DNA from: Macrostomum lignano
Lineage: Eukaryota
Assembly: GCA_002269645.1 (NCBI GenBank)
Contig: NIVC01001287.1
Location: forward strand, 1 to 64,000
Direction of reading: 5' to 3'
Length of the DNA: 64,000 nt
A model generated the notes under the pieces. It was not told the origin of the DNA and ran no database searches. It saw only the letters and a program-made list of their open reading frames with translations. The position numbers were made by a program, and so were the translations under genes. Of this stretch, positions 1 to 12,363 are shown piece by piece. Position 1 is the first letter of the stretch; every line of letters starts with the position of its first letter.

Positions 1-1022
1 CCCGGTAGACGAAGCTGCCGCCTCCTCCACCGCCTGCGGCATAAACAGAAGCGGCCGGGCCACCAGCCTGTCCCACAACAATGCTCAGAACGGTTCCAAC
101 TGTCAGGACAAAGCTACCATTGACGGAAGCTCCGAATCCGCCGGGTCTGCCCGATGGGTTGTCGCCGCCTTTGGCACCGATCGCCTCGATGAGGTAGCAG
201 CCAGTGACGTTGATCACAGCGAACTGGACGGAGCCGTGTCTGCCTGAGCCGCTGTCTTGAGTTCGGTTTTTGGGATTAGCGCCTCACTTATTATATAGAT
301 CCATGTACCTCATCTAGTACATCTTCAAACTGTACTTTTAGTATTTCAATCTAGTGGTTTTATTGTGAACGAGGATTAAGAATAAAAAACTTGATCCTTT
401 TAGAAATAACGACGGATATCGAGAGATTACATGACGCATGTAGCTGTCTCAATTCGAGCTTGTCATAAATGCAGGGAGTCTTCTATAGAGTCCTAAGTTT
501 AACTAACTAATAAAAATCTGCTTGTCTCACTTTTTAAAGTCGCAGTATTGTTCTCAATCAGCTGCTGCATCAAGATCCGCAGCTTCTCCTCGGTTCCCTC
601 CGCTGTCCAAACGCTCGCGCCGACCTCCGAACCCAGCGATCTCATCACGTAGCTCCCATTGATGTCAGAGGCGAATGCTAGCTGACAGATGCTGCTCGTT
701 GGGACGAACACGGCAACTGAGCACTTTCTCAGCCGGCACCTGTTCACACAGTCCAACTCTGTCGGCACGTCCGTTAAGTTGGCGACATTGCTGCTCATGA
801 CAGCCGTGGGGAATGGTACAGCGCTTGGGCTTCGAGTGTATCTTGAGCAGGACTCTGAAACACAGACGTGGTTTTCACCTGCATATAATTTAATAACTCG
901 TTTATGATTGTTTCACCTACACTGCGTATGTAACACATACCTTTCCCAATTGCTGTTGCAATGTTTCCGAGGCAACATAGCATTACCAGTTTGATATACA
1001 GTATCGTAGTGTGTGAATTCAT
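1..1022 (-). CDS. Secreted PAN/apple-like + ALK/LTK-type glycine-rich domain protein, copy 1 (3' end beyond window)
   Basis: Exons 941-1022 (hydrophobic signal-like MNSHTTILYIKLVMLCCLGNIATAIG, donor GTATGT), 531-878 (C-x3-C..C..C PAN-like ELDCVNRCRLRKCSVAVFVPTSSICQL, donor GTGAGA) and <1-255 (AVINVTGCYLIEAIGAKGG..SIVVGQAGG..AGGGGGGSFVY, matching ALK/LTK Gly-rich motifs). Both introns are phase 1 and the frame is continuous. Confidence 0.8.
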
Positions 1023-3478
1023 GGCTTGTTAGCCTTATTACGAGCGTAATTAGTTTTGTAGTAGAAAAAAATCAACTTAAGATTTACAGATTCTAAATGT
1101 CATGGGATGCGTGCCTGTTTTTCTACCATGGTTTTTTTGCAGAAAAAATCATTGAGTTTGTCTACTGTTTTATGGAAAGACAGAGGGAAGGAATTTGTTA
1201 ATTCTCATTGGCTGCATGGGCCTAAAGCTGGCATACAGTCAACTTAAAAGCATGAATAATTTGCTAGAACACAGCGCTTTAGAACGATCAAATTCTATCC
1301 CATTGTGAAGCATGGCTAAAGAAGCAACAAGCGCGCTTGTGTTGCGGGATGCAGCTTTATAAAGCCTATGTTTTTTGAGCAGGTTGCTTAAAGACAACTT
1401 TGCGTTTTCCTCAATTCAAAGGAGTATAGTCGCACGAGATTCTTTTGCCAATTGTAGCTTAGGTTTTTCCCACTACATGCATAAGCCTGTGTAAGCTTTT
1501 AGGTAACATAAAGTAGCTACCAAGGACGACTAAAGTAACATATATACTTACATATGTAAGTAGTCCTTGGTAGCTATTCTACACGTGAATGTACTTTGTT
1601 TTGCTGCTTCTGGCAGTCTAAAAGCACAGAAGGAATGCAGCTGACAAGGTGTTAGAGCTATAAGAGCTATAAAAGTATTTGCAAAATTTAATTTATATTA
1701 CTATTAGCAGTAAATTTTGAATTGATTTTCACTCCTCAATGAGCGCAGTTAGATGCAGTTGAGCAGTATAGAATGTCTGATTTTTACGCCAAAGTAACCG
1801 CGGGTTCCATTCTGCACTAACCATGTGGATAAAACTTAGCTGTGTCTTGGTGGGCGTGGACCGGTGAATGCCAGCTGAAAGTTGGACTCCTTATACTATT
1901 CATGGAACTTCATGGTTATACCTCTTTCATTTAGTCTAGAGATCGAGGGTAATTTTTGTGGTGTCGATTAAAGGGGCGGCCCCCAAATTGTTGACCATTT
2001 GCGGACACCACTGGCGTAATGAAGCTGCGGTATGCAGTTTGGCATGTGAAGTTGAAGGACTAGCCTCTGCACTCGCTAATCGTGTCCTGTGAATTATATA
2101 GTTAGCAGTGAAATCTTTAGATAGTTTAATTTTCTATCGCTAATTATTTCATTTGTTAAACATCGAACCATATCTGTAGTGAGTTTTGGAAGTGCGTCTC
2201 TTGGGAGCGTCATAGTAAGAGACGTCATCTCGTGAATGCGCCATGGGACCAATTAATGGAGCTCAGTAGTGCTAAAAGGTCCAGGTTGGTTTGGCCCAAA
2301 TTTGAGAGACAGGTTCTTTACCTTATATGCACGAGCACCGAACTACGATCGTGCAATAAAGCTTTCAACTTTCATTTGACTGGATGGCTTGCGAATTCTC
2401 GTAACTAACGACCTCGCGCTTGATGGGTTCAGGGTGTGTCAGAAAAGTATTTTTTAAACGTGTAATGATGAACCCAAACCACAATAACATTTTGGTGTGA
2501 CTAAAAACTTTTTTATTGTCAATAAGTCAAGTTTAAACTCTCCCTGTGACTGATGAGTTCAGGTTAAAAATTTTGTTACAATTGTTCGGTCTTTTGTCTG
2601 TCTGTCTAATCGATATATTCAGATAAAATGACAAGTAGATGGCCCAAAAAGCTGAGCTGAGGTCTCTACAATCATCAAAAGGTGAAAACCATGCACCTAA
2701 ACCTCACTCAGTAGCCATCAGCAGCAGGCAAATCCTCTGACACGAAACTGAGCTAAGGAAAAGACAAGGACAAAATACGCAGTTGAGTACCTGGTGATAG
2801 CACTGATAAGAAATTGAGGCAAAAGCTACTTTCTTTTAATAAGACTAAAAAGACTGATAGGAAAGATGCTCCATATCATATTCGACGATGAAGAACTGTG
2901 CTATGACAATGTTTCTGAGAGGACGAAAAGGAACGATGATGCTTGTAGATAGCTGGTTTCATCCTTGCTTGTGTTCATGTTAGCTACCCCATTGACAAAC
3001 AGACAAGATAAGCATGTATTTGCGCAGCTTCTATATGCAACTTAAGCAACAACAATTTGCTCAACATGTCTGGTTGGTTGGGAGTTTCAAGTTGGTTTAT
3101 CAGTGTGTTTACAAGTGAGTTATGAGTGGCGTTTATGAGTGAGTTTATAAGGTGTTTATGAGCTTGTTTAAGACACCGATTGTAGCTATAATTCTTTATC
3201 TACATGCCAAAAAAACATGAGTCGACTATTATATATTAAGTCTCGTAATTCCATTGTGCCTTATAGACGTCTGCATTTTGGCATTCCTCCCGATCCTATG
3301 AAAACACATGTAATCGAAAGAATTAGTTTAGTGTGGTGACTCCAATAACTAATTTGAATGCTTAATTGCTGATACTACTGAGTATAATTCAAAGTTAAAT
3401 TTCTTAGTTTTTAGGTAAAGTTTTAATTTTAAATCAGTTGTTTAAGAATTTTCATTGTGCCGCCGATCACAATTCGTC

Positions 3479-5966
3479 TTAATCGCAGCTGTCAGCAACC
3501 GGTACCAACAGCTGCAGTGTCCCTCGTCCCTGCTCGGCCGTGTTACCGCCAGCGATGCCGGCGCAGCCGCTGCCGCCGCAGAATGAGCCGCCGCCGCCGC
3601 CGCCTCCGCCGTTATCGCCGTTTAAGGACGCACCGCCGCCGCTGAAACCACCGCCGCCACCGGCAGCTCCGAATCGCACTGAGTCACTACCTTTATCATT
3701 TGTGCCCGATCCGCCGCCGCCTCCGAAGCCTCCGTCTCCGCAATCATAGCTTCCATCTCCGGCAACGCCACCGACCCAGCTTTCAGCCAGACCGCCGCCT
3801 CGCTCGCCGTCGCTGTAGCCTCGCCTCGGGTTGACTGGCCGGCCGAGCCAGCCGGCGCCGCAGCCGCCGTGGTTGCTGAGGCCAGGCGTGACGTTGGGAT
3901 TATTCCAGCCAGGCTGACCGTTGACACCCCCGAATCCCGTGGCATTTTTGCCGTTAAGCTCTTTTCCATCGCTTCCATTCGATTTTGTCTCTCCGTTGCA
4001 ACCTTGAAGTGAAGTGAGTTAAAGACGTAATAAAATCTTGCAAACTCGTTACTAACGATAGCAAAAGATAATGCGGGTAAACTCTATGGATATTGTTTGA
4101 AGGCCAAGCACTGCGTGTTTTCGGTATTGAGAATTATGAGTTTCCTTTCACCTGGTGTAAAGCCTGTTGCACCGCCTCCGCCGCCAGCCGCAATCAGCAG
4201 GGAGCTGCCGTTTGCCGTGTACACAAAGCTGCCACCGCCGCCGCCGCCGCAAGAAAACAACATCGCGGCTCCCCGGCTTGTCCGACAACAATTTTCAGCA
4301 GATTTCCGGCCGTTAGGTTGAAATTTCCCAAGATCGCAGCTCCGGAGCCACCTGAAGAGTCAACATTCGAGTTGTTCCCACCATTAGCTCCGACCACCTC
4401 GATACGGTAGCAGCCGGTCACGTTGATCACAGCATCCTGGATAGAGCCGTAACGGCCTGAGCTGCTGTCTGAAAGTAGAATTTAAATCATGATGTTAATC
4501 CTGATGCCCCTGGTGCTAAAGCCCCTGGTGCTAAAGCCCCTGGTGCTAAGATCCTGATGCTAAAGCCCCTGGTGCTAAGATCCTGATGCTAAAGCCCCTG
4601 GTGCTAAAGCCCCTGGTGCTAAGATCCTGATGCTAAAGCCCCTGGTGCTAAAGCCCCTGGTGCTAAGATCCTGATGCTAAAGCCCCTGATGCTAAAGCCC
4701 TGGTGCTAAGATCCTGATGCTAAAGCCCTGGTGCTAAGATCCTGATGCTAAAGCCCCTGATGCTAAAGCCCCTGATGCTAAAGCCCCTGGTGCTGAAGAC
4801 TCTGGTGCTAAGATCCTGGTGCTAAAGCCCCTGGTGCTAAAGCCCCTGGTGCTAAAGCCCCTGGTGCTAAAGCCCCTGGTGCTAAAGCCCCTGGTGCTAA
4901 AGCCTCTGGTGCTAAGATCCTGATGCTAAAGACCCTGATGCTGAAGACTCTGGTGCTAAAGCCCCTGGTGCTAAAGCCCCTGGTGCTAAAGCCTCTGGTG
5001 CTAAGATCCTGATGCTAAAGACCCTGATGCTGAAGACTCTGGTGCTAAAGCCCCTGGTGCTAAAGCCCCTGGTGCTAAAGCCTCTGGTGCTAAGATCCTG
5101 ATGCTAAAGACCCTGATGCTGAAGACTCTGGTGCTAAAGCCCCTGGTGCTGAAGACTCTGGCGCTAAGATCCTGATGCTAAAGCCCCTGGTGCTAAAGCC
5201 CCTGGTGCTAAGATCCTGATGCTAAAGCCCCTGGTGCTAAAGCCCCTGGTGCTAAGATCCTGATGCTAAAGCCCCTGATGCTAAAGCCCCTGGTGCTAAG
5301 ATCCTGATGCTAAAGCCCCTGGTGCTGAAGACTCTGGTGCCGGCTAGCCCACTTTAATTTAACTTGCGCCCAACAGAAAAATTGTATGTCTCTGGTAGAA
5401 GGAAGTGTGATTCTAAGATCCAATATGACCTCCATTGGTCTAATTGAATTCATGCACACCTAAAACCGTAATGTCGTACGTATCAATACTTTATTTCAGC
5501 GTACTCGTACATTTTAAGGCTGAAAAGACAAAGCAAAATAACGGTCTACGTAGCTCGTAATTTTCCCCTGACAAGAACGAATGTTGCTCACTGGAAAAAA
5601 CAAGCGGCGAAAGGCGGAATTTCCGCGCAGCGAGAAGTTCATCGAATCCTTCCACAGTCCACACTTTTGCGCCATCCTCGGAGCCAAGAACCCTACGCAC
5701 GTGACTTCCGGGTGGTCCAAGGGTTCGAGAGGCGTCTTTTAGCATTAGGAGCTGACAGACTCGGACCGTCTCCATGACAACGGCTAGAACGCAGCTGCGC
5801 AAGCGGCATAGCATCAGACAGTTCGGCACATTTGTCACGTCGGTGATGTTGACTATTTCAGTGCTGGTTGAAGCGCTGATGTTGATGGCCCCGGTGTTTA
5901 GCTCGTACTTTAGGCAATTGCGAGTACGTTTAGCTGAAACATTGGTGAAGAATTCAAGCAATGCAG
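3479..5966 (-). CDS. Secreted-type PAN-like + ALK/LTK-type glycine-rich domain protein, copy 2 (1-bp frameshift at 4271-4274; signal exon not located)
   Basis: Exons 5592-5966 (PAN-like NCLMLCRLRSCVLAVVMETVRVCQL), 4152-4468 (VINVTGCYRIEVVGANGG..VVGQAG/GGGGGGSFVY..LLIAAGGGGG) and 3479-4002 (GGCGAGWLG..GDGGFGGGGGS..GGGGGFSGGG..GGGGGGGSFC, ends DSCD*). GT-AG junctions, all phase 1. Confidence 0.8.
4501..5341. repeat. Intronic minisatellite of 14-16-bp variants (GCTAAAGCCCCTGGT / GCTAAGATCCTGAT / GCTGAAGACTCTGGT)
   Basis: Directly visible tandem units inside intron 4469-5591. Confidence 0.95.
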
Positions 5967-6029
5967 CTTTACATGTAAGTAGATAAGTCTGCTTGCGCAA
6001 GTATGTAAGACATTCATTTTTTCAGGTGC

Positions 6030-6400
6030 ATCCACCAGGAGACAGGGCCACCCACCAAGAGACAGGGGCGCCCACCAAGAGACAGGGGCGCCCACCAAGA
6101 GACAGGGGCCACTCACCAAGAGACAGGGGCCACTCACCAAGAGACAGGGGCCACTCACCAAGAGACAGGGGCAGCCACCAAGAGACAGGGGCACCCACCA
6201 AGAGACAGGGCCACTCACCAAGAGACAGGGGCACCCACCAAGAGACAGAGGCACCCACCAAAGAGACAGGGGCCACCCACCAAGAGACAGGGGCCACCCA
6301 CCAAGAGACAGGGGCACCCACCAAGAGACAGGGTTTTCCACCTGGAGATAGGGGCGCTCACCAAGAGACAGGGTTTTCCACCAGGAGACAGGGGCCTCAA
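6030..6400. repeat. ~21-bp tandem repeat (CCACCAAGAGACAGGGGC..)
   Basis: Visible tandem units; they generate the spurious repetitive ORFs at 5910-6475. Confidence 0.95.
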
Positions 6401-7034
6401 CTAGGACAGGCATGGATAACAGAAGCAGAGAAGGGCGTGTGTTCTCAACCGAATTTGTCTAAGCACAGCAGTTGAGCTTTTTGTGCGTTTTAACTTTTTG
6501 GGCTTTATAGCTAGGTCTCAACTAGTCTGCATTCTTTGCTGGTAGTTTCCTTAATTGGCATCAATGCAGACCTAGATGCAGCTATTCCCGGAATCTCCTA
6601 GGCAAGTTTCAGTATTTGAATGGGGTAGCCAACCTATAGTTAGCTGATGAGGATGACTTGGTGAAGCCTACAAAGACGCTTAACGACATGTTCTTAAGCA
6701 GTGAAGGCATATTTACCAGTTTGCTTAATTGGCATTTACTCACGGAATCTGCAAAGCAAATTTCGACTCAGTCTTAAAATGGAAGCCACACTATAGTTAG
6801 TGCTGAGCGAGCGTCATGGACAAAAGGGAAGCCGGGCCGAGGGAGGGTGATACTGATATTGGATGTTTTTTGGAATCCTTGCTTAGCAACGCCTCAACTC
6901 AAGCAGCATGCGGTTTTCAGCTAATTGGCGCTGCTGTATAGTAGGCTTTCTAGCTGTAAATAAGAATGCCAACTTAAGCCAGCCCCAAAAAGAGCAAGGC
7001 TTCGCTTGTGCTTTTGGTAGCTTTCTTCTGCAAC

Positions 7035-8167
7035 ATGTCTGCTTTTCTTATTGCTGCTGCAGTTCTCTTGAACTGCGTGTCTCCGATTCTGACTGCCGCC
7101 AGCTCACAGTCGGGTAGGTCCATTGTAAAATTTGCTTGCTGAAAGCCTACTTGACGAGTGAAAAATTGGAAGATAATTTGTTGTTATTATTTCAGTGCTT
7201 TCTTCTGCCGAGGTCTCGCCAACCACAGCTGCTCCGATGACGTCAGAGCCTGGTCGAAGCGTTGCCGACTGCGCGCTGAAATGCGAACCCCCGCATATGA
7301 AATTCTGCTCCGCCTTCGCCTTTGTCCCTGAGAGTAAGGTCTGCCTGCTCACAGAGGCGCAGAATGCCGACTTCGCATCCGTCGCTCCTAGCGGCTTGGT
7401 TTATCGAAAGAGCATCGATAGCGATAGTGAGTTGTGGGGAAATTAAATGTCATTGTAACAAATCTGTAAGGATAAACTGTAGCTTGTAGTTTGTTAAACT
7501 GTTAGCTTGAACATCGAATTTCGCGTTTCTTTTATAGAAACTCTAGTGGAGATTAACGGCAAGAAATTCCAAGTAATCCAGCACAGGTCGAAGGGCGATC
7601 TCAGCTTTGCCAGGGGATGGACTCAGTATGAGGACGGATTTGGAGATGAGACAGACTTCTGGATCGGTGAGCAAAGTTAATTGTTTTAATTCAATAATTA
7701 AGTGCAAGAATTGTACAGTACCAAAAGCAACTGTAATTTTAGGTCTTCGCAAAATCCACGAGCTGACTGGTAGCTCACCAAAGCTTCTACGAGTCGAGGC
7801 TGTCACCTGGTCGGATGAGCTCTACGTCAGCGAGCACTCTGGCTTCTCTGTGGCCGATGCCAGCACAAACTACAAAATGAGCTACACTTCGTTTTTGAGC
7901 GATAGGTCCAACACGACCGAAAACCCGCTTAAAAATCTGGATGGAATGCAGTTCTCCACCATGGACCGTGACAACGATGGGGGCTCTGGCACTTGTTCCA
8001 ATGGCCGCGGAAACGCGGGCTGGTGGTTCAAGAACTGCGGCTATTCCAATCCGAACGGGGTCTATCACAACTCTGCTGTGATTCACAGCTCAGCCATGCA
8101 TTGGCTGGGCACCGCACCCATAAAAACCGCGCTGAAGAGCATTCAAATGATGATCCAGTTGGCTTAA
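7035..8167 (+). CDS. Secreted PAN/apple + fibrinogen C-terminal (FReD) domain protein
   Basis: Exons 7035-7113 (signal MSAFLIAAAVLLNCVSPILTA), 7196-7426 (PAN: VADCALKCEPPHMKFCSAFAFVPESKVCLL), 7538-7666 (VIQHRSKGDLSFARGWTQYEDGFGDETDFWIG) and 7743-8167 (GLRKIHELT..FSTMDRDND..GWWFKNCGYSNPNG). All introns GT-AG, phase 1. Confidence 0.92.
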
Positions 8168-9431
8168 CTAATAACCAGTGTACTCTGTGTGTAACAGTTT
8201 ATAAATTACGTCTCGTATGCACCGAAAATAAAGTTAATCTTCTTTCTACTATATTTTCTAATTCCAGATTGAATATAATAACTATTCTATACTATTACTG
8301 AAACCAGCGCATATAATTACAGCATGTAAAACTAATTTTTCAACGATACTGAACCTTCAAAACCTTGAATTAAAGCATATTTCTTTTTCTGTTGGTAGTT
8401 TTTAGGCTTTTAGTTTTTAATCTCGTGATAATTTTGATGTTTGAAATAAACAAATATATATTTAACATGTATAGAGGCTCTACGGGCCGGAGTTTATCGA
8501 ACACTGCTCTATCAAACTCATACTAGCGTATCGATCACACAGACAGACAGAACTCACCGTTCCCCATTCCTGAGTAACAGCCGAGAAGAAGAAGAAGAAC
8601 TGCTAGCTCGCGAATTCCCAGCATTTTCTCTTCACGTTAAATCCAAGCCATGGCAAAAATTCTGTTAATCAAGTCTATACCTTTATTTATAGAGTTTGTG
8701 AAGCATTAAAAAAATGACAATTGCCTATCATGGGTCATGATGCCTTTGGAGTGAGCTTTTGAAAAAGCTTTTCGGGAAAAAAGCTTGGTATAACATGCTA
8801 TAACGAGAATCCCGACACCCGACCTGACCTCTCATTATAGTGGCGGGCGACTAACAGGGGGCTTTGATCGATGGGGCCGCGCCAGCGGAAACGGTTCCCA
8901 GAAGAAAAGCTGGATACTGCCGTGGTAATGATGAGGTCAAAAAGAATAGGAACCAGCCGTTAGAAAGAGGATGAAGGCTGCATGTAAAGTTAGAAGAGTT
9001 GAAAAGAGAGATATACCATGAGATGCAGTAGAATATAGCAATACCCTCTCTCATCGTTAAATGCTTACGATTCAAGTTCAAGTTAACGAGCTGCTGTATG
9101 CATCCGTTTTCACGTTTGTTTTGTTCTCAAGGAGTTAAAAGGGTTTTTTTAAAAAGACTGTCTTTGAGGCGCTGACAAAGGAAGCCAGCAGCCAGCAGTG
9201 AGTCGAGATGATGGTGAAAAAACAAGCCAAGCACACTTGATGAGAATCGAATGCTTTTTTATCGTAAGCTACATCGGCAGTGAAGACTCGCTCGATTACA
9301 AGCTAGAAGTTGGATTACAATTTACAAAATTCTTCATCTAATGCACACGCCCATGCAGATCTTTGGCGCCGCAGCCAGGCGCACTTAGTTATTAGCAAAA
9401 TTATTTATCCGAATAGTTCCTGTGACCTTAA

Positions 9432-10615
9432 CAGTAGAAAGACCATGGGGTGTATTTGAAATACACACATTTTTCTTTTGGTGGATCTCCAAAAATATTC
9501 AGCCAATTGTTATGAAAATCCAGAACACTGGCTAAAATTTTCCGCTCTACTCGATGAAGCAACTTTGAGAATCACGAAAAATCGGCATCGTTGAGATATT
9601 CAACGATTCTCCTCGGGGTGCCTGGTGGCAAAAACCACCAACATTGGCAAAATTTTTCTGCTTAAAATCATCATGAAACAACGTCGGCTCAACAAACTAT
9701 GCATATCAGTTGCAGGGACTTTTGCTCTCAGCATCCCAGGCACCAGGGTCCCCTTCATCACCGTCTGTAGCATCGGCGGCGACCGTCGGGACCTTCAACA
9801 AAAGCACCAGATCGGCATCTCAGAGACGGCTGCGTTCCCAAAACTCAAATGGAAGAATCCTCTGCATGCAGCTTTCAGTCAGTAGACATAATCGGTGAAT
9901 GAAATGGACGATGGCGACTCTCTAGGCTGACCTGTAGACATACAGGCGAACTTCGGGACCTTCAACGGAGTGCCACCACGCGGCCCTGATGAGCTGGCAC
10001 CCCCAACATCGTGATTTTTCTATCAAAATGAAAAATCAAAAAAGCATGTCAAAAATAGCGCTGTAATATCATTTTTGACATGCTGTAGTCATTTTTGAAA
10101 AAATTAATATTTTATATTTTTCAGTCGCCAATTAAATCTGTAACCCTCCAATTTAAAGTGCAAAAGCATTGCATAATATGCAGACAGGCCTGGTTTGGTG
10201 CCTTGACAGAAAAATCACGATGTTGGTGGTGCCAGCTCGTCAGGGCCGCGTGGTGGCACTCCGTTGAAGGTCCCGAAGTTCGCCTGTATGCCTACAGGTC
10301 AGTCTAGAGAGTCGCCATCGTCCATTTCATTCACCGATTATGTCTACTGACTGAAAGCTGCATGCAGAGGTTTCTTCCATTTGAGTTTTGGGAACGCAGC
10401 CGTCTCTGCGATGCCGATCGGGTGCTTTTGTTGAAGGTCCGTACGGTTGCCGCCGATGCTACAGACGGTGATGAAGGGGACCCTGATGTCGGATGACTTT
10501 GAAAGTTAGTTTGTCGGAAAGGGCGGAAAAGTTTGATCCATTTGGTGGACTTTTACGAAAATCGGTAATTCGGTTTGCGAGCTATCGTGAAATGGGTCCC
10601 GTGGTCTTTATACTG
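9432..10615. mobile_element. Non-autonomous foldback DNA element with TTAA target duplication
   Basis: TTAA|CAGTAGAAAGACCATGGG ... CCCGTGGTCTTTATACTG|TTAA; long internal inverted arms ~9741-10026 and ~10203-10489; no coding ORF. Confidence 0.75.
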
Positions 10616-11104
10616 TTAATGAACTGCACCTGTGTCTTTATGAAAGGCAGACGCACCGAGTACCTGTGACCTTAATGAACTGCTACTTTTACATTCGCCG
10701 TTAAAGCCTGAATGACACGCAGTTTTTGAATAATTATTTAAAGAAAAGGAATCATTAATAAAGAATGACAAGCGGTACTAAATGTTGATATAAATTTTCA
10801 AATACAAGCCATGCCCATTAAACAAAAAAGCCACATAAACACAACAACATATTCATGCTAATAATATTTTGGCAGCAAACAAATTATATATTGCCGACAA
10901 AAAAGACATATAAACAGCAGTAGCACGAGAAATTGTTTGTAATACGGAAATTTTAAACTGTGGATATTTTTCGAAGAGTAAACGCTGAGCATAAAATAAG
11001 AAATCGTTGAAGAAATATTGCACAATGGTGGAGAGGGATGCGTGTGGTTAGTTTGCTTGCGTGATTTAAACGTTGCTTTTGCTGTTTTTCCTTCACAAAA
11101 AATT

Positions 11105-11810
11105 GATCAATTCTTCCCCCTAGAACTCTTTAATTCGCCCTTAGACTCAAAATCGTTCTCAGATGCTCAAAATTACTCTCACACTTTGAAAATAGCCTCA
11201 GACACTCAAAATTTCCCTCAGACTTTGAAAATCGCCTCAGACTCAAAATTTCCCTCAGACTCTTAAAATCGTTCTCAGATGCTCAAAATCGCTCTCACAC
11301 TTTATAAAATCGCCTTAGACTCTTAAAATCGCCCTCAGACGCTCAAAATCGCCATCAGACTTTGAAAATCGCCTCAGACGCTCAAAATCGCCATCAGACT
11401 TTGAAAATCGCCCTCAGAGTCTTAAAATCGTTCTCAGATGCTCAAAATCGCCATCAGACTCTTAAATCGTTCTCAGATGCTCAAAATCGCCATCAGACTC
11501 TTAAAATCGTTCTCAGATGCTCAAAATCGCCATCAGACTTTGAAAATCGCCTCAGACGCTCAAAATCGCCATCAGACTTTGAAAATCGCCCTCAGACTCT
11601 TAAAATCGTTCTCAGATGCTCAAAATCGCCATCAGACTCTTAAATCGTTCTCAGATGCTCAAAATCGCCATCAGACTTTGAAAATCGCCTCAGACGCTCA
11701 AAATCGCTATCAGACTTTGAAAATCGCCTCAGACGCCCAAAACCACCCTCAGACGCTCAAAATCGCCATCAGACTTTGAAAATCGCCCTCAGACTCTAAA
11801 AATCGCCCCC
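11105..11810. repeat. Minisatellite (CAGACTCTTAAAATCGCCCT / CAGATGCTCAAAATCGCCAT variants)
   Basis: Visible tandem units; same family as 17500-17800 in the opposite orientation. Confidence 0.9.
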
Positions 11811-12363
11811 AGACTGTAAACAAACGACAAAAAACGCAAATTTGGCTACTGAGAGAAACAAGTAGATAGGCGCAATTTTCGGGATTGATACAAAGAGTAA
11901 GGTCAAGAGTATGGGGGTACATTGTAGGCAATTCCAGGTGCGCAAAATTGCACAAAATATTTGGTTAAATAAAGCGCGACGTAAAAACTCGTAGTAGGCT
12001 AATCATTAATACTACTTGTATTTTGGCAAATTAGTAGTATTAAATGGATTTTAACAGACAACAAATTGAAATTCTACAATAAAAAACGAATAAAGTTCAC
12101 GGAAGCGAACCAACTGATAGCTGTATAAATATTTGAAATTGTTGAGACAAAAAAAACGAAAAAAATAGTTAGTCAAAAAGGAAAACAATTGTTATATTGC
12201 ATTGGATTAGATGAGAAAGATAAATATAGTGGAGCAGGTGTTCAAGATACTCGAACAAAATTAAAGCACCAGTATTTAGGCAGAGTTAATCAACTCAATA
12301 CTTCTTAAATTTCTTATTGAAGTTTATAATTTTGCAAGCTTTTATTTACGAACTATATTTCAG

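Noticed and set aside
1800-2450. Possible solo LTR (AATAAA near 2356)
   Set aside because: No convincing TG..CA boundaries, TSD or second copy
3457-4410. Plus-strand proline-rich ORFs
   Set aside because: Antisense shadows of the Gly-rich exons
8480-8610. Helentron-associated (HINE-like) fragment
   Set aside because: Only a short ACAG repeat and a GAA tail; insufficient to call
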